In this document: piece by piece, positions 39,047 through 48,537 of the stretch
Layout of the letters: each line of letters starts with the position of its first letter
How positions within the stretch are numbered: position 1 is the stretch's first letter
Assembly (NCBI GenBank): GCA_963816145.1
Contig: CAWFJP010000003.1
Location: forward strand, 800,001-864,000
Source of the DNA: an uncultured delta proteobacterium
GTDB taxonomy: Bacteria > Desulfobacterota > Binatia > UBA9968
DNA length: 64,000 bases
Direction: 5' to 3'
Translations under genes and position numbers: made by a program
The notes under the pieces: generated by a model
What the model was told of the DNA's origin: nothing
The model's input: the letters and a program-made list of their open reading frames with translations, nothing else
The model's database searches: none

Positions 39047-40591
39047 ATGGACGGACAACCGACATCCCTGCAACCCTACAATGCCGCGGTCGATCTAATC
39101 GAACGCAATCTCGAGGCACGCCCGAACAAGATTGCCTACATCGACGACCAGGGCAGCTACAGCTTCCGTGAATTAGCGCAGCGGGTAAATCGCGCCGCCA
39201 ACGCGCTCACCGGGCTCGGCTTACCCATGGAATCCCGCGTCATGGTAGCGCTGCTCGACACCATCGACTTTCCGGCGGTCTTTCTCGGCGCTGTCAAAGC
39301 CGGCCTCGTGCCCATCGCGGTCAACACCTTGCTAACCAGCAACGACTTCGACTTTATCCTGCGCGACAGCCGGGCCCAGGCGCTGATCGTTGCCGCGCCG
39401 CTCTTGCCCATCTTTAAGCCGATCATCAATGGCCAGCCGTTCATAAAGCATGTCGTCGTTGCCGGCGCCAAAGACTCGCAGTATTTATCCCTCGCCGGTC
39501 TCACAGCCGAGGCTTCGAACGAGTTTAGCACGGCGCCGACTCGTGCCGACGACGCTTGCTTCTGGCTCTACTCATCCGGGTCCACGGGCACACCGAAAGG
39601 CGTCGTCCATGTCCAGTCGAGCATGATCAAGACCGCCGAGCTTTACGCCCAACCGATTCTCGGCATCGAAGAGAATGACGTAGTGTTCTCCGCCGCTAAA
39701 TTATTTTTTGCCTACGGCCTAGGCAACGGGATGAGCTTTCCGCTGTCGGTGGGCGCGACAACGATTTTGTTAAGCGAGCGGCCGACGCCGCAATCGGTAT
39801 GCCGGATTTTGAAAGAATACCAACCGACGATTTTCTACGGCGTGCCGACGCTGTACAGTTCCCTGCTCGCCAGCGGCGAACTGCCCAAGCGCGAAGCATC
39901 CCGGCTGCGCCGCTGCACCTCCGCCGGCGAGGCGCTGCCGCCCGACGTCGGACGGCGCTGGTTCGAACACTTCGGCGTCGACATTCTCGATGGCTTGGGC
40001 TCAACGGAGATGCTGCATATTTTCTTATCGAACCGGCCCGACGCCAACCGCTACGGCACTTCCGGCAAGCCGGTGCCGGGCTATGAAGTTCGCCTGCTCG
40101 ATGAAGATGGCAATCCGGTGCCAAAAGGCGAGCTTGGCGAGCTGCACATTAACGGGCCGACCAGCGCCGCCTATTACTGGAACAATCGTGACAAGAGCCG
40201 CAATACCTTTCTCGGCCCCTGGACCAGAAGCGGCGACAAGTACAGCGAGAGCGACGACGGCTATTTCACCTATGGCGGGCGCGCCGATGACATGCTCAAA
40301 GTCAGCGGCATCTGGGTGTCACCCTTCGAGGTCGAATCGGCGCTGACCTCCCACGCCGCCGTTCTCGAAGCCGCCGTGGTCGGCCGAGCCGATGAAAATG
40401 GCTTGATCAAACCGAAAGCCTTCGTCGTTTTGAAACCAGACGTACCGCAATCGGACGAACTAAAAGCCGCGTTACAGCAGCATGTCAAAGCGCATTTGGC
40501 GCCGTACAAGTACCCGCGCTGGATCGAATTCGTCAGCGAACTGCCCAAGACGGCGACGGGAAAAATCCAACGCTTCAAGCTGCGCGCTTGA
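39047..40591 (+). CDS. Benzoate-CoA ligase family protein
   Basis: YNAA.DL..RN, FWLYSSGSTGTPKG..H, AAKLFFAYGLGN, DGLGSTEMLHIFLSN and PKTATGKIQRFKLR motifs. Confidence 0.92.
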   Translation: MDGQPTSLQPYNAAVDLIERNLEARPNKIAYIDDQGSYSFRELAQRVNRAANALTGLGLPMESRVMVALLDTIDFPAVFLGAVKAGLVPIAVNTLLTSNDFDFILRDSRAQALIVAAPLLPIFKPIINGQPFIKHVVVAGAKDSQYLSLAGLTAEASNEFSTAPTRADDACFWLYSSGSTGTPKGVVHVQSSMIKTAELYAQPILGIEENDVVFSAAKLFFAYGLGNGMSFPLSVGATTILLSERPTPQSVCRILKEYQPTIFYGVPTLYSSLLASGELPKREASRLRRCTSAGEALPPDVGRRWFEHFGVDILDGLGSTEMLHIFLSNRPDANRYGTSGKPVPGYEVRLLDEDGNPVPKGELGELHINGPTSAAYYWNNRDKSRNTFLGPWTRSGDKYSESDDGYFTYGGRADDMLKVSGIWVSPFEVESALTSHAAVLEAAVVGRADENGLIKPKAFVVLKPDVPQSDELKAALQQHVKAHLAPYKYPRWIEFVSELPKTATGKIQRFKLRA

Positions 40592-40639
40592 AATCGATCT
40601 CGATTCTGTCAAAAAAAGAGCAATCTTGCGGAGGTACCC

Positions 40640-41818
40640 GTGAAACTCACGCGTCGCAAATTCCTCACCCAGACCGCTCTGCTCACCGCCAGCGCGCTGT
40701 TGCCGCAGCCTTTCGCCATCGCCCAGTCGCCAAAGATCCGCGTCGGCCTGATGCTGCCCTACACCGGCACCTACGCCCAGCTCGGCACCGCGATCACCAA
40801 CGGTTTCAAGCTCGCCGTCAACCAGCGCGGCGGCAAACTCGGCGGCCGCGATTTGGAATACTTCACAGTCGACGACGAAGCCGAACCGTCGAAGGCGCCG
40901 GAGAACACCAACAAACTGGTCCAGCGCGATAAGGTCGACGTGCTGGTCGGCACGGTGCACAGCGGCGTGCAGATGGGCATGGTCAAGATCGCCAAGGAAA
41001 CCAACACGCTGATGATCATCCCCAACGCCGGACTCGACGCTGCCACCGGGGCGCTGTGCGCGCCGAATATATTTCGCACGTCGTTTTCCAACTGGCAGCC
41101 GTCCTACCCGATGGGCAAAGTGCTCGCCGACCGCGGCATCAAGAACGTCGTCTCGCTGGCCTGGAAATACGGCGCCGGCGAAGAAGCCGTCGCCGGCTTC
41201 ACCGAAGGATTCATCAAGGCCGGCGGCAAATCGGTGCGCGGTTTGTGGATACCGTTTCCCAATGCTGAGTTTCAGGCATTGCTTACCGAGATAGCCTCGC
41301 TCAAACCCGATGCGGTCTTCGTTTTTTTTGCCGGCGCCGGCGCCGCGAAATTCGTCAAGGACTACGCCGCCGCGGGATTGCGGAAAACCATCCCGCTGTT
41401 TGGCTCGGGGTTTCTGACCGACGGCATCTTGGACGCAATCCAAGACTCTGGTCAGGGCCTGGAAACGACTTTGCACTATGCCGATGGTTTGAACAGCAAA
41501 CGCGATAAAGAGTTCCGTGCCGCGTACACGAAAGCTTTTACCAGCGAACCCGATGTCTACGCGGTCCAGGGGTACGATGCCGGGTTACTGCTCGCCGCCG
41601 GACTCGACGCGGTGAAAGGAGACATCGCGAAGCGCAAAGAAATGATTGCCGCCATGGAGAAAGCCAAGATCGACAGCCCGCGCGGCGCCTGGACCCTATC
41701 GAGAGCGCATAATCCGATCCAAGATATATATCTGCGCAAAGTCGTCGGCAAAGAAAATCGCCTAGTCAGCATCGCCCATAAAGCGCTGGCCGATCCGGCA
41801 AGGGGATGTAAACTCTAG
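40640..41818 (+). CDS. HbaE/Liv-type aromatic acid ABC substrate-binding protein (Tat signal)
   Basis: TRRKFL twin-arginine motif; GLMLPYTGTYA.LG, GTVHSGV and IDSPRG motifs. Confidence 0.88.
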   Translation: MKLTRRKFLTQTALLTASALLPQPFAIAQSPKIRVGLMLPYTGTYAQLGTAITNGFKLAVNQRGGKLGGRDLEYFTVDDEAEPSKAPENTNKLVQRDKVDVLVGTVHSGVQMGMVKIAKETNTLMIIPNAGLDAATGALCAPNIFRTSFSNWQPSYPMGKVLADRGIKNVVSLAWKYGAGEEAVAGFTEGFIKAGGKSVRGLWIPFPNAEFQALLTEIASLKPDAVFVFFAGAGAAKFVKDYAAAGLRKTIPLFGSGFLTDGILDAIQDSGQGLETTLHYADGLNSKRDKEFRAAYTKAFTSEPDVYAVQGYDAGLLLAAGLDAVKGDIAKRKEMIAAMEKAKIDSPRGAWTLSRAHNPIQDIYLRKVVGKENRLVSIAHKALADPARGCKL

Positions 41819-41835
41819 CCGCGCCATAGCCGCGG

Positions 41836-41937
41836 CGTTCAACCCGTTCAAGCCGTTCAAAACGTTCAAGTCGTTCCGGAATCCGACCGGTTTCCGATAA
41901 CGATTTGAACGTCTTGAACGACTTGAACGTTTTGAAC
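41836..41937. repeat. Inverted arrays of 9-mers (GTTCAAnnn)n...(nnnTTGAAC)n
   Basis: Four units per arm; similar arrays at 59286-59445 and 52380-52420. Confidence 0.75.
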
Positions 41938-42795
41938 ATGTTCTATCTGATCCAGCTATTAAATGCGGTTCAATACGGCCTCCTGCTATTTCTTTTATCC
42001 AGCGGCCTGACGCTCATCTTCGGCATCATGGGCGTAATCAATCTCGCCCATGGCAGTTTCTACATGGTCGGCGCCTACCTGACCTATGGGTTGGCAAAAT
42101 GGACCGGCAACCTATGGTTGGCGATACCCATCGGCGTCGCGATCGCGTTCGCCATTGGGCTTTTACTTGAGACGACGATCATTCAACGGCTGTATCGGCG
42201 CGATCACCTTTATCAAGTGCTGCTCACCTTCGGCTTGATTTTAATCTTGGAAGAGCTGCGCAGCATTTTCTTCGGCGACGAAGTGCACGGCGTCGCGGTG
42301 CCGGAGCTTTTGAATTATTCCCTGCCTCTGACCGAGACGCTGTCCTATCCGGTCTACCGGCTGTTCGTCACAGCAATCTGTTTGTTCCTCGCCATCGTCA
42401 TGTATTTCGTCATTCACAGAACCCGCGCCGGCATGATGATCCGCGCCGGCAACAGCAACCGTGAGATGGCCGCGGTTCTGGGCGTCAATATTCCTCTGCT
42501 GTTCGCTCTGGTGTTCGCCTGCGGCGTGGCGCTGGCGGCTTTTGCCGGCGCCATCGCCGCGCCGATCACCTCGGTCGCGCCGGGCATGGGCAATCAGGTT
42601 TTGATCATCTGCTTCGTCGTCGTGGTCATCGGCGGCATCGGTTCGATCAACGGCGCTCTGCTTGCCGCGCTTCTCATCGGCGTTGCCGACACGCTTGGCA
42701 AGGTGCTGGCGCCTGAATACTCCGGCGTCGCCGTCTATCTCCTGATGGCGGCGATACTCTTGTGGCGGCCGCAGGGCTTGGCCAATAGGTCGTAA
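41938..42795 (+). CDS. livH: Branched-chain amino acid-type ABC permease
   Basis: GLTLIFG.MGVINLAHGSFYMVGAY and VVIGGIGSI.G motifs. Confidence 0.9.
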   Translation: MFYLIQLLNAVQYGLLLFLLSSGLTLIFGIMGVINLAHGSFYMVGAYLTYGLAKWTGNLWLAIPIGVAIAFAIGLLLETTIIQRLYRRDHLYQVLLTFGLILILEELRSIFFGDEVHGVAVPELLNYSLPLTETLSYPVYRLFVTAICLFLAIVMYFVIHRTRAGMMIRAGNSNREMAAVLGVNIPLLFALVFACGVALAAFAGAIAAPITSVAPGMGNQVLIICFVVVVIGGIGSINGALLAALLIGVADTLGKVLAPEYSGVAVYLLMAAILLWRPQGLANRS

Positions 42796-42801
42796 TCCGC
42801 C

Positions 42802-43809
42802 GTGACCCATATCACCCTGCCATGCTGGTTTTTGTTGGGAGTCGTGCTGCTGCTGGCCCTAGTGCCCTTTGGCGCGACGACTTTCTATCTCCAGCTCGGC
42901 GCCAAGATCATGATCATGGCGATCTTCGCCTTGAGCCTCGACCTGCTCATCGGCCATACCGGATTGGTCAGCTTCGGCCACGCCGCCTACTTCGGCGTGG
43001 CCGCCTACACGCTGGCGCTGATCACACCGAAATATGAAGCGGCGAACTTCTGGCTCACCCTGCCGGCGTCAATCGCCGCCGCGGGCCTTGCCGCGCTGGT
43101 CATCGGTTTTTTGGTCGTGCGCACCGCCGGAGTCTATTTCATCATGGTCACTCTCGCCTTTGCGCAGATGCTTTATGCGATCTTCCACGACACCAAGCTC
43201 GGCGGCGGTTCCGATGGCGTCTACATCAACGTCCGGCCGGAAATGACGGTTGCCGGCTTCAAGCCCCTCGACCTCGAAAGCCCGGCGCAGTTTTATTACC
43301 TGGCGCTGATCCTGCTGGTCGCGGTCTATGGGCTTTTGCATAAAGTCTTGCACGCTCCATTCGGTCGGGCTCTCGCCGGCATTCGCGTCAACGAACAGCG
43401 CATGCGTTCCATCGGCTTTCCGGTCTTCGCTTACAAACTCGGCGCTTTCACCCTCGCCGGCGCCCTCGGCGGACTCGCGGGTTACCTCGCCGCCTGCCAA
43501 TTTGGCTTCGTCAATCCGGAAATCCTCGCGTGGCACCAGTCCGGCACCGTGCTCATGATGGTAATCCTGGGCGGCATGGGCCGGCTCCACGGCGCCGTCA
43601 TCGGCGCGGCGGCTTATGTTTTATTGCAAGAACTGTTTTCTTCATCGGCTCTGTTCGGCACCTACGCCAAACATTGGCAGTTGTCGATGGGCGCCTTGAT
43701 CGTCATCATCGTGCTCGCCCTCCCCCATGGCGTCGGCGGAGTCATCGATGTCGCCTGGCGCCGTCGCGGCTACCGTCAGGATGGTAACGCGGAGGCCGCC
43801 GATGGCTGA
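42802..43809 (+). CDS. livM: Branched-chain amino acid-type ABC permease
   Basis: G.TGLVSFGHAAYFG, GVYFIMVTLAFAQM and MVILGGMG motifs. Confidence 0.9.
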   Translation: MTHITLPCWFLLGVVLLLALVPFGATTFYLQLGAKIMIMAIFALSLDLLIGHTGLVSFGHAAYFGVAAYTLALITPKYEAANFWLTLPASIAAAGLAALVIGFLVVRTAGVYFIMVTLAFAQMLYAIFHDTKLGGGSDGVYINVRPEMTVAGFKPLDLESPAQFYYLALILLVAVYGLLHKVLHAPFGRALAGIRVNEQRMRSIGFPVFAYKLGAFTLAGALGGLAGYLAACQFGFVNPEILAWHQSGTVLMMVILGGMGRLHGAVIGAAAYVLLQELFSSSALFGTYAKHWQLSMGALIVIIVLALPHGVGGVIDVAWRRRGYRQDGNAEAADG

Positions 43810-44560
43810 CCCGATCTTGCAAGCGCGTAATCTCACCAAACACTTCGGCGGCTTGGCCGCGGTTGATGATGTATCGCTGGCGGTTTGTCCCGGCCAGTTG
43901 CATGGCCTCATCGGCCCCAACGGCGCCGGCAAGTCGACCTTGATCAATCTGCTTTCCGGCGAGCTGCGCGCTACTGCCGGTCAAATCCTTTTTCAAGGGC
44001 GCGAGATCGGCCGGCTCGCACCGGAACAACGTTCCCGTCTCGGCATCGGTCGCAGTTTTCAAAAGACCAACATCTTTCCCAGCTTCACCGTCCTGGAAAA
44101 TTGCCGCCTTGCCGTCCAGTCGCGCCAACCGCGGCCGCTCGCATGGTGGCGCGACGCGCTGAGTTACGACTCGGCAATGCTCAAAGCGCGTGAGGCTCTT
44201 GCAGCTGTCTCTTTGAGCGAACGCGCCGGCGATTTCGCCTTCGCCCTCAGTCACGGCGAACAGCGCCAGTTGGAAATCGCCATGTGCTTGGCCACCGAGC
44301 CGCAGTTATTACTCCTCGACGAGCCGCTCGCCGGTATGGGCATGGACGAGTCGCTGCGCATGATCGAACTCATCAAAAAACTCAGCGCCGCTCACGCCAT
44401 ACTCCTGGTCGAACATGACATGGACGCGGTGTTTCAGTTGGCCCAAGTGCTGACCGTGATGGTCGATGGCCGGCTTCTGGCATCCGGCACGCCGGCAGAG
44501 ATCCGCGCCGATCGTGCGGTGCAAGCCGCCTACCTCGGCGCAGCGGAGAGTCGGCCATGA
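43802..44560 (+). CDS. livG: ABC ATP-binding protein
   Basis: GPNGAGKS, LSHGEQ, LLLLDEP and EHDM motifs. Confidence 0.9.
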   Translation: MADPILQARNLTKHFGGLAAVDDVSLAVCPGQLHGLIGPNGAGKSTLINLLSGELRATAGQILFQGREIGRLAPEQRSRLGIGRSFQKTNIFPSFTVLENCRLAVQSRQPRPLAWWRDALSYDSAMLKAREALAAVSLSERAGDFAFALSHGEQRQLEIAMCLATEPQLLLLDEPLAGMGMDESLRMIELIKKLSAAHAILLVEHDMDAVFQLAQVLTVMVDGRLLASGTPAEIRADRAVQAAYLGAAESRP

Positions 44561-45273
44561 GCGCTGCGGCGATCATAGAAGCCCGGGAGCTGCATACTTA
44601 TTACGGCACAAGTCACGTGTTGCACGGCATAGATTTCAGCGTGCGCCCGGGTGAAGCCGTCGGCTTGATGGGCCGCAATGGCATGGGCAAGACGACGCTG
44701 ATTCGCACTCTGCTCGGCCTGGTACCGGCGCGCCGCGGCGAAGTTCGTATCGACGGCAAGGCCATGACCCGCGCCGCACCGCACCACGTCGCGCGCCAAG
44801 GGATCGCCTATGTTCCCGAAGGGCGCGGCATCTTTGGCAATCTAACGGTGCGGGAGAATCTCCTTATGGCGGCCAGGCCGGGAACCGAGGGTCAGAATCT
44901 CTGGAGCTTCGAACGCGTGCTGCAAACCTTCCCGCGCCTGTCCCAGCGGCTGTCTCATGGCGGCCAACAGCTTTCCGGCGGCGAACAGCAGATGCTCGCC
45001 GTCGGCCGCGCCCTGATGACCAATCCAAGGCTTTTGATCCTTGACGAAGCCACCGAAGGATTGGCACCGCTCATCGCCAGCGAGATCTGGCGCATCCTCG
45101 CCGCCATTCGGCGCAGCGGCATCGCCGTGATCATCGTCGACAAAAACTTCGCCGCGGTCTCGGCGCTCACCGATAGAAATGTTATTTTGGTCAAAGGGAG
45201 GATCGCGTTCGAAGGGAGCGGAAGTGAATTGACAGTCCAACCCGATCTCATGCAGCAATATCTGGGCATCTGA
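44557..45273 (+). CDS. livF: ABC ATP-binding protein
   Basis: GRNGMGKT, LSGGEQQM and LILDE motifs. Confidence 0.9.
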   Translation: MSAAAIIEARELHTYYGTSHVLHGIDFSVRPGEAVGLMGRNGMGKTTLIRTLLGLVPARRGEVRIDGKAMTRAAPHHVARQGIAYVPEGRGIFGNLTVRENLLMAARPGTEGQNLWSFERVLQTFPRLSQRLSHGGQQLSGGEQQMLAVGRALMTNPRLLILDEATEGLAPLIASEIWRILAAIRRSGIAVIIVDKNFAAVSALTDRNVILVKGRIAFEGSGSELTVQPDLMQQYLGI

Positions 45274-45399
45274 ATCAGCGCGCCTCACCACAAACCTCGC
45301 CGCGGCGAAGGATCAAAGCTGCGAGCCCTAAAGCGGACCGATTCTGCGAGCCCCCGGCCGAAACCCGCAACTCGAAACCAAATTCTGCGACATAGTGTA

Positions 45400-45591
45400 A
45401 TCGAGTGGGTACTGACTTTCTGGAAAATTACTCTCCCGTGGCCAGTTCCTCCCTTTCGCAAAGGGAGGTTAGGAGGGATTTTTCATGGCTTGGAAGATCG
45501 TCTCCAGCAAAATCCCCCCAACCCCCCCTTTTTCTAAAGGGGGGCGAAACCTACAAGAACAGCATTTCTTAACAAATTTCACCCACTCGAT
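45400..45591. repeat. Composite repeat: ATCGAGTGGGT...ACCCACTCGAT arms enclosing two CCCTTT-N3-4-AAAGGG hairpins
   Basis: Inverted repeats seen directly. Confidence 0.65.
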
Positions 45592-45610
45592 GACGCGAAT
45601 AGCCCAAATT

Positions 45611-45958
45611 CTAAACCGGCCAGCCATGCTCGGATAGATCGATCAGGTTGCCGTCGGGATCGGCAATGCGGTATTCAGCCTCCCGGTTGGGCGGTCGTTT
45701 CTGCACTTCGGTTTTAGCCCCCAGCTCTTTCGCGACCGGCCGCAAAGCGTCGATGCTGTCGAGCTCCATGCCGAAATGATAGAGCCCCTCATTGTAATGC
45801 GGCCGTTTTTCAATGATCGCAAGATTAATATAGCCGTCGGACAAATAGATTGCCGGCCCGACGCCGTCGATCACTTTCAGGCCGAAAGCTTCGGTGTAGA
45901 ATTTCACCAACCGCTCGCGGTTCTCACTGACGATCGCTAAATGCCGAATCCGTGCCAT
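45611..45958 (-). CDS. VOC (glyoxalase/bleomycin resistance) family protein
   Basis: IRHLAI.......FY...FGL, LSDG.INLA, GLYHFG and DPDGN motifs; AGGAG RBS. Confidence 0.85.
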   Translation of the reverse strand: MARIRHLAIVSENRERLVKFYTEAFGLKVIDGVGPAIYLSDGYINLAIIEKRPHYNEGLYHFGMELDSIDALRPVAKELGAKTEVQKRPPNREAEYRIADPDGNLIDLSEHGWPV

Positions 45959-46051
45959 GATTTGTCTCCTTTGGCTGATTGATGCTTCAAACATGAATGG
46001 TGCGGCGTTTCGTTCAACTGCCGCTGCACAGCGAACTCGCGACCTCACCCT

Positions 46052-46294
46052 CTATTCTTCGCGCCAAACGCTTTCCGGATGGCGTTCGATCAGTTCATGA
46101 ACGAATTGCGCGAACTGCCCATTGGACTCCGAACCGTCCGCTTGAACACCGCCGGCGTGGGCCCCCAAAAGACACATGACCCGGCCGTCGTTCTCAGTGA
46201 TCTCGATGAACGAATTGGTACCGAACAAAACCTGAACCCTCTTATAACCATGCTGCCGGTCGCCCTCGACCACAACACCCCGGATTTTCGCCAT
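46052..46294 (-). CDS. Small hypothetical protein (80 aa)
   Basis: AGGAG RBS; co-oriented within the operon. Confidence 0.6.
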   Translation of the reverse strand: MAKIRGVVVEGDRQHGYKRVQVLFGTNSFIEITENDGRVMCLLGAHAGGVQADGSESNGQFAQFVHELIERHPESVWREE

Positions 46295-46314
46295 GGCGCA
46301 ACTCCTTTGGCAAT

Positions 46315-47403
46315 CTACCGATGCAGTAAATACTCCTCGCGTAATTGCTGGTAGGGACGATCGAACTGCACAGCGTCCTCGGGCGTCAACACCAAAACTT
46401 TTACACCCTTGGCTTGAATGTCGAGGTCGGGGTAGCGCGGCCTGACATCGCGCCGGCCGGAGATTCTCCCGCTCTCGGAGAAGATTTTTTGCGCCGGCTC
46501 CGACAAGATGTAGTCAAGCAACAGTGCCGCCGCGTGTGGCCGCGGCGTTTTCCTGACCACTCCGATGGGGCTCGGCGTCGCCGGGGTGGGGTTGGGATAC
46601 GAGATTTCCACCGGGCAACCGCGCGTGTGTTTCATATCCGCCAAGCGATAGGCGTAGAGATCGATGGCGGCTTTGAATTCGCCGGCGCATAAAAGCTGGG
46701 CCAGCAACGTATGCCCCTTGCGGACGACGACATCATTCTTGCTGATCCCTTGGAGATACTTCTTGGTCCGCTCTTCGCCCCAAGTCTTGAACCAACCCAT
46801 GATCGACTTGTCGGGGTCCATATCGAGGGCGAAATTTCCCTTCCACTTAGGCTCCAAGAAATCCTCATATTTTTTTGGCGCCTCGGTGGCCGACACCATC
46901 CTCGTGTTGTAGGCGATCACGGCGATATTATAGTCCCACGCCGTCCAATAGCCTTGCTTATCGACAAAGATCTCGCCGAAGGCAGCCCGCTCTGGAGAGT
47001 AGTAACGTCCGGCAATACCCGCTTTAATCAACACTGGCATATGCTCATTGCTCGGCGCCAGCACATCGGCGTCGAGCTTGCCGGCGCGCGCTTCAGTCAA
47101 GAGCCGATTGGCCACGCGTTCTCCCGAAGCGCGGTAGCCATCGATTCTTATGCCATAGCGTTTCTCGAAATCGATGCGCAGCCGTTCCAAATGATCGCTG
47201 CTGATATTGCCGTAGATAATCGCCTTGCTGCCTTCGCTCTTGGCGCCGGCAACCAGCCGCTTCTGGCGCTCGTCGGCCGGCAGCTTGTTGAGCTCCTGCC
47301 AAATTTCTTCAGGCTCCTTGGTTGCAGCCGCGACAGCCTGGCGCGACGGCATGGCGACGATCACGATGATGAGTAAGCCGATACCGCGTGGAATCATTCT
47401 CAT
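46315..47403 (-). CDS. Iron/thiamine-type extracellular solute-binding protein
   Basis: GAK.EG...Y, AYNT......P..Y.D.L.PKWKG and P.PHAA.L..D..LS...Q motifs. Confidence 0.85.
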   Translation of the reverse strand: MRMIPRGIGLLIIVIVAMPSRQAVAAATKEPEEIWQELNKLPADERQKRLVAGAKSEGSKAIIYGNISSDHLERLRIDFEKRYGIRIDGYRASGERVANRLLTEARAGKLDADVLAPSNEHMPVLIKAGIAGRYYSPERAAFGEIFVDKQGYWTAWDYNIAVIAYNTRMVSATEAPKKYEDFLEPKWKGNFALDMDPDKSIMGWFKTWGEERTKKYLQGISKNDVVVRKGHTLLAQLLCAGEFKAAIDLYAYRLADMKHTRGCPVEISYPNPTPATPSPIGVVRKTPRPHAAALLLDYILSEPAQKIFSESGRISGRRDVRPRYPDLDIQAKGVKVLVLTPEDAVQFDRPYQQLREEYLLHR

Positions 47404-47458
47404 GGAGCTCTCCTCGGCATGGCGACAATCCACCGCAAAGATTTAACTTCTCCTCGAT

Positions 47459-48490
47459 TTACTTCAGCAGCTCCCGCAGTTTGTTAACGACCGTTGGATC
47501 GGCTTTGAAAAAGCCATTGACGATCCGTTCCAGTTCTTCGCCGGCCACCGGCGTCAACTCGAAGTTGCCTTTCTTCGCCTCGGCGACGAACTCGGGGTCC
47601 TTCATGGTCTCTTGGAACGCCCGTCGCAAAATCTCGGTGCGCTCCTTGGGCGTACCCGGCGGGAAGGAATAGATGTAGGTGATGGCGCCGACATCGTGCA
47701 AACCAAGCTGCAGCAGCTTCCTGCCGAAGTCGGTCTTGGCGAAACTCACCGCCGTCGCCACGTCGCGCAGCTCCGGATGAGGCTCCGCCGCGTTCTGCAA
47801 CACGACTTTGATGTCGCCGGATTCGAGCTCCTTGCGCCAGGTGACTTTGGTCGAAGCCCAGGCGAGACCGCAAATGCCGGACACTTCGTTAGCCGCAACC
47901 GCAAGCCGGATTTCCGCCGTGCCCTTGTAACCTGAGACGATTTGCACCGGCACGCCGATCGCCTCCTTGAGAATCGCGACATTGTCGTAGGGGCTCGAAC
48001 CGGGCGGCGTCGCGCCCATTTTGACCGGCGTCGGCGAACTCAGCCATTTTTGCGCGCTGTCGATGCCGCTGGCCTTGGACATCACGCATGTGTCGTGGTT
48101 CTTTACCGGCGCGCCGATATATTCAAACCTGCGCGCGTCAAATTCGACGCCCGGTTTGCCGATCAGCTGATGAACCACCAGGTTGCCGATCCAGTTGCCC
48201 ATCGTGAGGCCGTCCGGTTTGGCCTGGCGATAGAGATAATTGGTGCCGATCAAAAACGCCGCGCCGGGCATGTTCTCGATGACGATGCTTGGATTGCCCG
48301 GGATATGCTTGCTCATGTGGCGGGCAATCATGCGCGAGTACGCGTCGAAGCCACCGCCCGGCGTGGTCGCGACCACGATACGAATGGTTTTGCCTTTGTA
48401 AAAATCTTGCCCGTACGCCGGCGAGCGGTTCAACTCAAGAGCCGCCGCCAGCAGCAAGAACATGATCCCCAACCGCTTGCCAATGGACAT
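47459..48490 (-). CDS. Bug/TctC tripartite tricarboxylate transporter substrate-binding protein
   Basis: FYKGK...V...PGGG.D...R, NMPGA, PDG.T and GYKG motifs. Confidence 0.9.
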   Translation of the reverse strand: MSIGKRLGIMFLLLAAALELNRSPAYGQDFYKGKTIRIVVATTPGGGFDAYSRMIARHMSKHIPGNPSIVIENMPGAAFLIGTNYLYRQAKPDGLTMGNWIGNLVVHQLIGKPGVEFDARRFEYIGAPVKNHDTCVMSKASGIDSAQKWLSSPTPVKMGATPPGSSPYDNVAILKEAIGVPVQIVSGYKGTAEIRLAVAANEVSGICGLAWASTKVTWRKELESGDIKVVLQNAAEPHPELRDVATAVSFAKTDFGRKLLQLGLHDVGAITYIYSFPPGTPKERTEILRRAFQETMKDPEFVAEAKKGNFELTPVAGEELERIVNGFFKADPTVVNKLRELLK

Positions 48491-48537
48491 CGTTTACCTC
48501 TCCTTTAGTTTTGGTTGCTCCCGGACTCCGGCAACTC

